Shown in pieces: positions 18,716 to 26,861 of a DNA stretch of 33,060 nt. How positions within the stretch are numbered: position 1 is the stretch's first letter; each line of letters starts with the position of its first letter. The translations under genes and the position numbers were made by a program. Origin of the DNA: an uncultured bacterium (GTDB lineage Bacteria; Hydrogenedentota; Hydrogenedentia; Hydrogenedentales; JAEUWI01); the NCBI GenBank assembly GCA_963977445.1, contig CAXBPH010000049.1, forward strand, positions 1 to 33,060. Direction: 5' to 3'. The notes beneath the pieces are model-generated. The model did no database searches and was not told the origin of the DNA. It worked only from the letters and a program-made list of their open reading frames with translations.

Positions 18716-21226
18716 ATGTCAAAGCGAACGGCTGTAGGCTATCTGGAAGCAACGGATCCCCTTCTGTTGCAGCCGCACTATCCGATTTTTGAAGGCGGGG
18801 TTAAACTCGGCCGTGATTCGGACCACTGCGAAATTATCTTGTCCCGCGAGTTTGTCTCACGTCGACATTGTGCACTGCGGACAGAAGGGGACGCGGTCGT
18901 CATCGAAGACCTGGAAACCACCAATGGCACCTTCGTCAACGGCAAGGAAATACGGCAGCAACGACTCAATCCCGGCGACCGAATTGGCCTGGGCAAGGCG
19001 TCACCCCATCACTTTGTCTACACCCTCAGCAACGAGACGCCCACCCGAAAATATGCATTGCCGTCTCAAAAGGTCTATCGGATTGGCCGCACCCAAGATT
19101 GCGACCTGCCCTTAATTCATGACCCTACGGTTTCAGCCCAGCACGCCCGACTACTGGTTCGTGCCAATAAGCTGACCATTGAAGACATGGGAAGCGCGAG
19201 TGGCACCTTCGTCAATGGCCAGATGATTCGGGTTGCCCAGATTACGGCCAGTGATCAGGTGCGTATCGGCACCACCGAGCTTGTCTTTCAGCAGACGGCC
19301 GAAGGTATGCGGGTTTCCGCCCAGACCCGGCAAAACCAGATCCGTCTGGAGGCCCAGAATCTGGTTCGCACCCACGGAAAACACCAGCTCTTACGGAATA
19401 TTGACCTCGTAATTGAGCCCGGGGAGTATGTAGGTGTCCTGGGGCCCAGTGGTGCCGGCAAATCGACCTTGCTGAATGCCCTGAACGGATTTCAGCCCGC
19501 GACTGGCGGTCAGGTACTGGTTAATGGAACCAATCTTTACAGTTCCTATGATATGTACCGTAATTCCATCGGTTACGTGCCACAGGACGATATCATCCAC
19601 CGGGAATTGTCGGTGGAGCGCTCCTTGGCCTACACGGCCCAGTTGCGCCTGCCCCGGGATACGACTTCGGAACAACTGGAAGCGCAGGTCACCAGTGTCA
19701 TCGAGACCTTGGGGCTGAGCCACGTCCGTCAGAGTCCCGTGCTCAACCTCTCCGGTGGTCAACGTAAACGGGTATCCATAGGTTGTGAGCTGCTGACGAA
19801 GCCGAGTCTTATCTTTCTCGATGAGCCCACGTCCGGACTTGACCCGAGCACCGAAGAAAAACTGATGCGCCACTTCCGGCAAATGTCGGAGCAGGGGCAA
19901 TCGGTCGTACTGACCACGCATATTCTATATAACCTCGATCTCCTCGATATGGTGATTCTTCTTTCCCGAGGACGACTCGTCTATTTTGGTCCCACCTCAG
20001 AGGTCTGCAATTTCTTCGATTCCACATCCAATCGGGTGCAACGGCCTATCGATATCTTTGACCTCCTGGAACCTGAGTCCCCCGATTCTGCCTTGCGGGA
20101 AGAGCGTGCGGAACACTATGCCCGACTCTACAAGGGCTCCCGGTTGCACAAGGAATATATAACGGGCCGCTCGTCCCAGCCCCAAAAACTGGACGACGGT
20201 ATCCGGCTCAACCCGAAAGAGACGGTACCGTCGGGGAACGAACCCCGTGCGAAGGGCGCGAGTATTCGCCGCCGTACCCGTGGGTTTATGGAACGGGCCC
20301 TCAATATCGGGCAATTCATGGTCCTTACCCGCAGGACGCTCGATCAGAAGTTCGCGTTTCCACGTCGTCTGGCTATCCCGCTATTGACGCCCCTGGTGCT
20401 CGCTATTCTGACGGCCACGCTGGAGTTGGGTAATCAAAGTGCCCTGACCCAGGAGCAGGCGGATTTCGAAGCGACGAATCCGCAGTTTCTGGCCATGCTG
20501 GATCAGCCCGATATGCCCGTGAACCGTGAAGCATTCATCGGCATGCGCTTTCAGGGATTTGGCGGCCTCGCTATACCGTTGGCCTTGCCCCTGACGATGA
20601 TTATGACGGCCGTCTTCCTGGGAACCTTATCTTCCTGCTTGGAAATATCCGGGGAACGCTCCATATATCTTCGGGAACGAGCCGTAAATCTGGGTATTGT
20701 GAGCTATCTGGCGAGTAAATTGCCGGCCCTGTTCCTCCTCTCTGTGGTACAATCATTCGTGTATGTTGCCTTCGTAATGGGTATATTGCAGCCGCCAGGT
20801 GTCGATGTCCTTGGGATCGTGCTTATCTGCATTGGCGTGGCGTGGGTTTCGTGTATTATCGGTCTGTTCATTTCCAGTCTGGACCCCACACCGGGGCAGA
20901 ACTCGGTTATGCTGGCGGTAATCGCCATGTTGCCTCAGATGATATTTTCTGGTGCCATGGCTCCCGCGTTCTTCGATGGGATGCATCCTATTACGCAGGG
21001 TATCGCTGCCATGTTACCTGCCCGTTGGGGTTTTGAGCTCTTGCTCACCGTGCTCTACCAGGATCCGCCCTGGGCGCGGGATCTCATCACCGCGGGAAGT
21101 CCCGCCGGGATGGGTTTCGGCTTTGGCAAAGATGTCCTTTGGGTAAATGGCGTGGCGTTGCTGACCTTGGCGGTGGCGTATTTTGGTGCGACTTGTGTTA
21201 GTTTGCGCCGATTTGACAAACTCTAG
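18716..21226 (+). CDS. FHA-FHA-ABC transporter (ATPase plus ABC2/ABCG-type permease fusion), Rv1747-like
   Basis: FHA1 'LGR...SRRH...TNGTFVNG'; FHA2 'IGR...SAQH...SGTFVNG'; Walker A 'GPSGAGKS'; signature 'LSGGQ'; Walker B 'IFLDEP'; H-loop 'TTH'; C-terminal multi-TM permease with 'ER.IY.RE'. Confidence 0.93.
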   Translation: MSKRTAVGYLEATDPLLLQPHYPIFEGGVKLGRDSDHCEIILSREFVSRRHCALRTEGDAVVIEDLETTNGTFVNGKEIRQQRLNPGDRIGLGKASPHHFVYTLSNETPTRKYALPSQKVYRIGRTQDCDLPLIHDPTVSAQHARLLVRANKLTIEDMGSASGTFVNGQMIRVAQITASDQVRIGTTELVFQQTAEGMRVSAQTRQNQIRLEAQNLVRTHGKHQLLRNIDLVIEPGEYVGVLGPSGAGKSTLLNALNGFQPATGGQVLVNGTNLYSSYDMYRNSIGYVPQDDIIHRELSVERSLAYTAQLRLPRDTTSEQLEAQVTSVIETLGLSHVRQSPVLNLSGGQRKRVSIGCELLTKPSLIFLDEPTSGLDPSTEEKLMRHFRQMSEQGQSVVLTTHILYNLDLLDMVILLSRGRLVYFGPTSEVCNFFDSTSNRVQRPIDIFDLLEPESPDSALREERAEHYARLYKGSRLHKEYITGRSSQPQKLDDGIRLNPKETVPSGNEPRAKGASIRRRTRGFMERALNIGQFMVLTRRTLDQKFAFPRRLAIPLLTPLVLAILTATLELGNQSALTQEQADFEATNPQFLAMLDQPDMPVNREAFIGMRFQGFGGLAIPLALPLTMIMTAVFLGTLSSCLEISGERSIYLRERAVNLGIVSYLASKLPALFLLSVVQSFVYVAFVMGILQPPGVDVLGIVLICIGVAWVSCIIGLFISSLDPTPGQNSVMLAVIAMLPQMIFSGAMAPAFFDGMHPITQGIAAMLPARWGFELLLTVLYQDPPWARDLITAGSPAGMGFGFGKDVLWVNGVALLTLAVAYFGATCVSLRRFDKL

Positions 21227-21311
21227 GTACTATCCGCCGTACAGCGGATCAATTTAATAGCAGGGCGCGTTGCCGAGGGTATTCAATGCGGCACGTGTTG
21301 AGGGTAACATT

Positions 21312-23021
21312 GTGGACCAAATGAATATTGCTGACGAGCTCATTGCCGGCCGCTACCAGGTGACCAAACATCTGGGAGAGGGGGCCATGGGTAGTGTCTA
21401 TCTGGCCGCCGACACCCAGTTGAATCGGCAGGTCGCCCTCAAAGTGCTTCGTGGAGAGTGGGTGAGTCGTCCCGACGTGGCCAAGCGCCTCGAAATGGAA
21501 TGCCAGCTCATGGCCCAGTTGGGGCCCCACAACAATATCGTTACCCTCTTCGACCGTGTAAATCACGGTGACAGCGTTGTCATGGTTATCGAATACGTTC
21601 CCGGTGAGAATATCGCTGACGTGTTGGACCGGGCACGTGCCATGAATGAGGAAAAAGAATCCGCCCGACGGACGACTCCGGTGCTGGCTGGTGTTTCGAC
21701 CATTGCCATGACGCCCACCGACGCCATCGATATTACACTTCAATGTTTGAGCGGTTTGGATTTTGCCCACAGCCGTGGAGTCATCCACCGCGATATCAAG
21801 CCGGCCAATATCATGGTTTCTCATGATCACAACGGTAGTATTCTCGCGAAGATTACCGATTTCGGTATTGGTAAGGCGATTGCGGGCATCGATGGCGATA
21901 CCAGCCCGGAGATGACGGCACTCACCCGTGCGGGGGGGCCGGGTCCTGGTACACCCGCCTACATGGCTCCCGAGCAGATTGACCAGAGTCGCTTTGGACT
22001 CGTCGGTCCTGCCTCTGATCTCTATGCCCTGGGTGTGACGCTCTACGAGATGCTCTCCCTGGGTTTACCCTTTCATGGGACCTATACCGAATTACTCCAC
22101 CTCCATACCAATGTCGATCCGCCCGATTTGCGGAAGTTAATTCCCGGCTTGAGCCCGGCGTTGGCGGCGGTGGTTAAGAAGAGTCTGGCCAAGGAGCAAA
22201 AGGATCGCTATGAGTCGGCCCACCGGTTCAGAATGGAACTTGCTGCTGCGGCCAAAGATCCCATACCCGCCTGGTCCGCACGAGGTGGTGGCGGCGGCCG
22301 ATCGTCCGTGCCCCTTATTTTTGGCGCCGTAGCCGCAGTGGCGTTATCCGTGGGGGGCTATCTCTATCTGTCCGGTCAAAAGTCGGCAGAGAAGACTTCG
22401 CCTCCGGTGGAAAAGGCGATTGTATCCAATGAAACGGTCCCGCCCCCGGCACAGCCAACGCAGGAGCCTGCTGGTACCGGTCTGCCTTCGGCAACCGTGC
22501 CGGATGCCGTGGTGGCCCAACCGGTGACAGCGACGCCGACCGATGGTGTGGCACCACCTGCACCTATGCCCGTTGCAGAACCAACACCGCCGCCACCATC
22601 AGGAGCTGCGCTGCAGGCGGCGAAGAACTCGGCCCAGAGTTCCCAGCAGGAGGCGATGAGCCAGTATGGCGGGAAAGACCCGTCCCAGGATACGAATTAC
22701 ACCCAGGGTCAAACCTGGCTGGCGAAAGCCAACGAGGCGGAGACCTCGGGCGACGTCGATTCGGCACGGAGTTACTTGCTCCAGGCGAAACAGAGCTTTG
22801 ATGCCGTGAAAGCACCGGCACCGACGCCCCCCCCAGCACCCAAGGTGACTGCGGCACCGGCACCCAAAGTGACGGCACCGAAGCCAGTAGTGCCAAAAGC
22901 GGTACCTGCCAGTCAGAAACCGGATCCCATCCCCGTGAAGCCACCGGAAACACCGGCCGCGAAACCAGCGAACGGCGGCTTTTCTACGGGCGAATCGGTG
23001 GTGACACACAAACCCAAATAA
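21312..23021 (+). CDS. Transmembrane Hanks-type Ser/Thr protein kinase
   Basis: 'LGEGAMGSVY', 'VALK', 'HRDIKPAN', 'DFG', 'GTPAYMAPE', 'SDLYALG'; TM 'LIFGAVAAVALSVGGYLYL'; Pro-rich C-terminal region. Start is GTG 21312 (after GAGGG) or ATG 21321. Confidence 0.95.
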   Translation: MDQMNIADELIAGRYQVTKHLGEGAMGSVYLAADTQLNRQVALKVLRGEWVSRPDVAKRLEMECQLMAQLGPHNNIVTLFDRVNHGDSVVMVIEYVPGENIADVLDRARAMNEEKESARRTTPVLAGVSTIAMTPTDAIDITLQCLSGLDFAHSRGVIHRDIKPANIMVSHDHNGSILAKITDFGIGKAIAGIDGDTSPEMTALTRAGGPGPGTPAYMAPEQIDQSRFGLVGPASDLYALGVTLYEMLSLGLPFHGTYTELLHLHTNVDPPDLRKLIPGLSPALAAVVKKSLAKEQKDRYESAHRFRMELAAAAKDPIPAWSARGGGGGRSSVPLIFGAVAAVALSVGGYLYLSGQKSAEKTSPPVEKAIVSNETVPPPAQPTQEPAGTGLPSATVPDAVVAQPVTATPTDGVAPPAPMPVAEPTPPPPSGAALQAAKNSAQSSQQEAMSQYGGKDPSQDTNYTQGQTWLAKANEAETSGDVDSARSYLLQAKQSFDAVKAPAPTPPPAPKVTAAPAPKVTAPKPVVPKAVPASQKPDPIPVKPPETPAAKPANGGFSTGESVVTHKPK

Positions 23022-23081
23022 GCAACAGCCACGTGTGCTGAGAAATACAATGGTAAAAACCACAAAGACAAGGATATTACA

Positions 23082-23738
23082 ATGAAAACGAAAACTATCA
23101 GTAGTTTGTTAATCGTGGCCGTGCTGGTTCCCGGCCTGCTTACGGGTTGTGAGACCACGGGTCAATCCACCGGGCTTGGCGCGGTTATCGGCGGCGCGGC
23201 GGGATACGCCATTGGCGGCAATAAAGGTGCCTTGATAGGCGCAGCCGTTGGCGGCGTTGCTGGCTTCGCGATTCACAAGGCGAAAGAGCGGAAGATTAAG
23301 ACAGCCCAGGAAACAGCGACGGAATACAAGTATGATCCCAGCGAGGGATTGAAAGTTGACCTCCGTCCGGCTACTTCGGCGTCCCCAAGCACCGTGCCCC
23401 AGGGCTCCACGTCCAATGCGGAGCTCGAATACTACGTTCTCGGTGCCGGTGATGCCGGTACCGCAGTACACGAGAAGCAGCTCATCCTGAAAGATGGCAC
23501 CGAGCTCGTTACCCTTCGCGACGAACCCGTTACCCGGGTAGACGGCACCTGGAACGTTTCTACGCCCATCGAGGTAAACACTTCCGTTGAGCCGGGACAG
23601 TATGATCTCGTCCAGACCATCTCCGTGGCCGGTAACAACCTGTCCACCCGCACGCCCCTGACGGTTACGACCAAGACTGCCAAGGCACCCAGCCAGATGA
23701 TCTATGGCGAGACCGAGATTCTGGTGGCTTCCCGTTAA
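23082..23738 (+). CDS. Glycine-zipper lipoprotein with a C-terminal beta-rich domain
   Basis: SD AAGGA; lipobox 'LLTGC'; glycine zipper 'GLGAVIGGAAGYAIGGNKGALIGAAVGGVAG'. Confidence 0.85.
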   Translation: MKTKTISSLLIVAVLVPGLLTGCETTGQSTGLGAVIGGAAGYAIGGNKGALIGAAVGGVAGFAIHKAKERKIKTAQETATEYKYDPSEGLKVDLRPATSASPSTVPQGSTSNAELEYYVLGAGDAGTAVHEKQLILKDGTELVTLRDEPVTRVDGTWNVSTPIEVNTSVEPGQYDLVQTISVAGNNLSTRTPLTVTTKTAKAPSQMIYGETEILVASR

Positions 23739-23770
23739 GCCCACCTACTCAGGTAGTGAATAATTTATAT

Positions 23771-23813
23771 AGCCGCCGGAAGTACTTCGGGTACTTTCGG
23801 CGGCTTTCTGTTT
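23771..23813 (+). terminator. Rho-independent terminator ending the vWA-FHA/ABC-kinase-lipoprotein cluster
   Basis: 15-bp stem AGCCGCCGGAAGTAC / GTACTTTCGGCGGCT (one G-U pair) with a TTCGG loop, followed by TTCTGTTT. Confidence 0.85.
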
Positions 23814-23918
23814 GTGTTCGGTCAATTTCCTCTCGGGGCGGTGTCCGCCCGACCTTGAACCGATGTGCGGGCCTTGTTAGAGTGAGTCTTGTTTTTCCGA
23901 GAGAAAGGTATTTACCAA

Positions 23919-25124
23919 ATGACAGCAGAATCAATGGGTTCCCTCCTTCGGACAGGGTTGGTACTGGGGCTACTCGGTACGTTGAGCATTCCCGCAGCAC
24001 ACGGTGCAGAGGACTACCCCGATCCCAAGACAAACCCGACGTCATCGCTCATGTTGCAGGGCTCCTGGGTGCCGGAAGAAACCCATGATATTGATTTCGG
24101 AACGCTCCCCCGTATTCCCTCGAAGCTTGCGGTCATCAACGATGCACGGCCCTACGACGGTGTTAACCAACACAACTATCTCGCCTTCTACGATGGCAAG
24201 TATTGGGCCATGTGGAGTGATGGCCCCGCCGTAGAAGACATGGCCGGACAGCGGGTGCGCTACGCCACCAGCGAGGATGGACTGACCTGGACGGCCCCAG
24301 AGTTTCTGACGCCTATTCCGCCCAACTCCGGTCCCGATTCACCGGTTTACAATACACGGTCTCCCGAAGGTTTTCGGTGGATTTCCCGTGGACTGTGGGA
24401 GCGCGATGGGGAACTGCTGGCCCTGGCCTCCCTCGATGAATCGGCCGGTTTTTTCGGGCCAAGTCTCGCCCTTCACGCCTTCCGCTTCAACAAAGATACG
24501 CAGGCCTGGGACGATCTCGGGGTGGTCTCTGACAACACCATCAATAATTTCGCACCCAAGAAGATTGCGACGGGGGAGTGGATGATGACCCGCCGCACCT
24601 TCGACCGCAATGTGTCCTTCCTCGTGGGCGGCGTGGATTCTATCAACGCCTGGGAATCATTCCCCGTGGTCTTTTATGGCGACAAGACCTTGAAAGCAGA
24701 AGAACCCTATTGGTGGGAACTGCCCGACGGCAATCTTCTGGCACTTTTTCGCGACAACAACAAGAGTGGCTATTTATTTCGCTCCTTTTCCACCGACAAC
24801 GGCCGCACCTGGAATCCGCCGGTGAAGACCAATTTTCCCGACGCCACTTCGAAATTTAATGGCCTCCGCATGAGTGATGGGCGCTATGTGCTGGTAAGCA
24901 ACGCCAACCACGAGAAGCGAGATCCCCTGGTTCTTTCTATCAGCGATGATGGTATTGTTTTCAACAAGATGGGCTATCTCACCGGTGGTCGATGGATAGA
25001 CTACCCCCACGTTATTGAGCACGACGGACATCTCCTCGTTGCATTCGCCGGTTGGCGGAAACAGACCTGCGAAGTCCTGAAGATTCGTATCGCCGATTTG
25101 AGCGTATTGGATGTACAGAAATAG
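23919..25124 (+). CDS. Secreted BNR-repeat (sialidase-like beta-propeller) protein
   Basis: Signal peptide ending 'AHG'; 'RIP' motif; Asp-boxes 'TSEDGLTW', 'STDNGRTW', 'SISDDGIVF'; C-terminal 'YP'. Confidence 0.8.
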   Translation: MTAESMGSLLRTGLVLGLLGTLSIPAAHGAEDYPDPKTNPTSSLMLQGSWVPEETHDIDFGTLPRIPSKLAVINDARPYDGVNQHNYLAFYDGKYWAMWSDGPAVEDMAGQRVRYATSEDGLTWTAPEFLTPIPPNSGPDSPVYNTRSPEGFRWISRGLWERDGELLALASLDESAGFFGPSLALHAFRFNKDTQAWDDLGVVSDNTINNFAPKKIATGEWMMTRRTFDRNVSFLVGGVDSINAWESFPVVFYGDKTLKAEEPYWWELPDGNLLALFRDNNKSGYLFRSFSTDNGRTWNPPVKTNFPDATSKFNGLRMSDGRYVLVSNANHEKRDPLVLSISDDGIVFNKMGYLTGGRWIDYPHVIEHDGHLLVAFAGWRKQTCEVLKIRIADLSVLDVQK

Positions 25125-25180
25125 AGCCGACCGCTGGGCCACTGGAATGCCGTTTTTGTGTCACACGTGGATTTTGATGC

Positions 25181-26746
25181 ATGCATGACCTCCCAATCTT
25201 AATCCAACAGTCACTATTCGCCATTCCCGACGCATCCCATACCATCCGGCCACTCGATGCGATCACGATTGGGCTGTATCTTGTCGCCATGCTCGGTGTC
25301 GGGCTCTATTTTGCCCGAAAAAATACGACAACCGAGGAGTACTTCGTCGGCAACCGAAACTTTCCCGGCTGGGTGCTCGGCTTGTCCATGTTGGGCACCA
25401 TCGTAAGTTCGGCCACCTTTCTCGCCCTGCCAGCGGCCGCCTACGTCCTCGATTGGCGTCAGCTCAGTGTCAACCTCGTGCTGCCCTTTGTCGCAATTCT
25501 GGCGGTGGTGCTTTTTATTCCGTTTTTTCGGCGGGCCGGGTTGACCACCGCCTTCGAATATCTGGGATTGCGCTACGGAAAGGTGCCCCGTCTCTATGGC
25601 ACCCTCAGTTTTATCCTCATGCAGGTCATCCGCATGGCCCAGATACTCTTTCTCGTGAGTTTGCCCATTCAATTCCTCACGGGGGCGCCCATTACCGTTG
25701 TAATCATCGTCTGTGGTGTGTTCATCGCCTTCTACACCATTGCGGGGGGGATTGAAGCCGTCGTCTGGACCGATGTCGTCCAGGCCGTCATTCTCATGAT
25801 TGGTGGCGTGCTCTGTTTTGTCACCATGGCCCTCGATTTGCCCGGTGGATTGAACCAGATCATCGCAGAAGGTGCCGCCGCTCAAAAATTCAGTCTCGGC
25901 AGTTTCGACTGGAACCTGAGCGAGCGCACCTTCTGGACCGTTACCATTCTCGGTGTTATCAACTGGCTCACTATCTACGGCGGCGATCAGAATATGGTCC
26001 AGCGCTACGCGGCCGCGAAGTCGACCCGGGAAGCCCGAAAAGCCACCATTATCTATTCCGTCATCGCCCTGCCCCTCTGGATTATGTTCTTCTTTGTGGG
26101 CACCAGCCTCTTTGTCTACTATCAGAATTTTCCCGATGCCGCTACCGACGGAATGGCCGCTGACCAGGTCTTGCCCTATTTCATCCTCACCAAGGTGCCC
26201 GCCGGTCTCGCGGGCATCGTTATCGCCGCTGTCATGGCCGCCGCTATGAGTTCCCTGGATTCGGGTATCAACGCCGTTTCCACCGTCACCGTCGTGGACC
26301 TCATGAAGCCCTGGCTGAAACCGGGACGGGACGATCGCTATTATCTTCGCGCCGCACGTTGTATCGCTTCGGTCGTCACGGTGCTGGTGGTTTTGGGTGC
26401 CATCACCTTCAGCTACCTGCCCAAAGAGAGCATGAACGACGTGAGCCTCATCGTTACCAGCGTGTTCGGGGGCTGCCTCATGGGACTGTTCCTGCTGGGC
26501 TTCTTCACCACCCGCGTCGACGGCACGGCAGCGACCATTGCCTTGGCCCTGGCGGTCATGTTCAACATTTATCTCGGCCTGGGACTGGGAGGAGCATTGC
26601 CCGACGCCATTACCCTGCCCGTGCACAGCTATTGGACGGGCGCACTCGTTAATGGGGTATTTCTCGTTGGTGCCTATGGGATAGGGTGTCTGCGGGGTAA
26701 CCAGCGCGATATGACGGGTCTTACTGTCTGGACCATGGAGAAATAG
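25181..26746 (+). CDS. Sodium:solute symporter (SSS family)
   Basis: 'EEYFVGNR', 'GGIEAVVWTDVVQ', 'DQNMVQRY.AAK', 'AAAMSSLDSGIN'; many TM segments. Confidence 0.93.
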   Translation: MHDLPILIQQSLFAIPDASHTIRPLDAITIGLYLVAMLGVGLYFARKNTTTEEYFVGNRNFPGWVLGLSMLGTIVSSATFLALPAAAYVLDWRQLSVNLVLPFVAILAVVLFIPFFRRAGLTTAFEYLGLRYGKVPRLYGTLSFILMQVIRMAQILFLVSLPIQFLTGAPITVVIIVCGVFIAFYTIAGGIEAVVWTDVVQAVILMIGGVLCFVTMALDLPGGLNQIIAEGAAAQKFSLGSFDWNLSERTFWTVTILGVINWLTIYGGDQNMVQRYAAAKSTREARKATIIYSVIALPLWIMFFFVGTSLFVYYQNFPDAATDGMAADQVLPYFILTKVPAGLAGIVIAAVMAAAMSSLDSGINAVSTVTVVDLMKPWLKPGRDDRYYLRAARCIASVVTVLVVLGAITFSYLPKESMNDVSLIVTSVFGGCLMGLFLLGFFTTRVDGTAATIALALAVMFNIYLGLGLGGALPDAITLPVHSYWTGALVNGVFLVGAYGIGCLRGNQRDMTGLTVWTMEK

Positions 26747-26791
26747 GGTAGTGCTTTGACGGGGAGCGTCAAACTCATTTCCCGCTGACAA

Positions 26792-26821
26792 TAGACCTTC
26801 CCTTCCGTACCGTGCTACAAT
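26792..26821 (+). promoter_or_regulatory. Probable sigma70 extended -10 promoter for aguBA
   Basis: TAGACC (26792-26797), 18-nt spacer, TACAAT (26816-26821) preceded by TG at 26813-26814; about 40 nt upstream of the ATG with SD GAGG. Confidence 0.45.
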
Positions 26822-26861
26822 TCCGCCCTTCACAGAGGTCTATAACCCCCGAGGTAAAGCC

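Noticed and set aside
25214..26833. 539-aa antisense ORF over the SSS transporter
   Set aside because: Shadow ORF of a GC-rich membrane-protein gene; His/Gly/Asp/Glu-rich mirror composition and no motifs.
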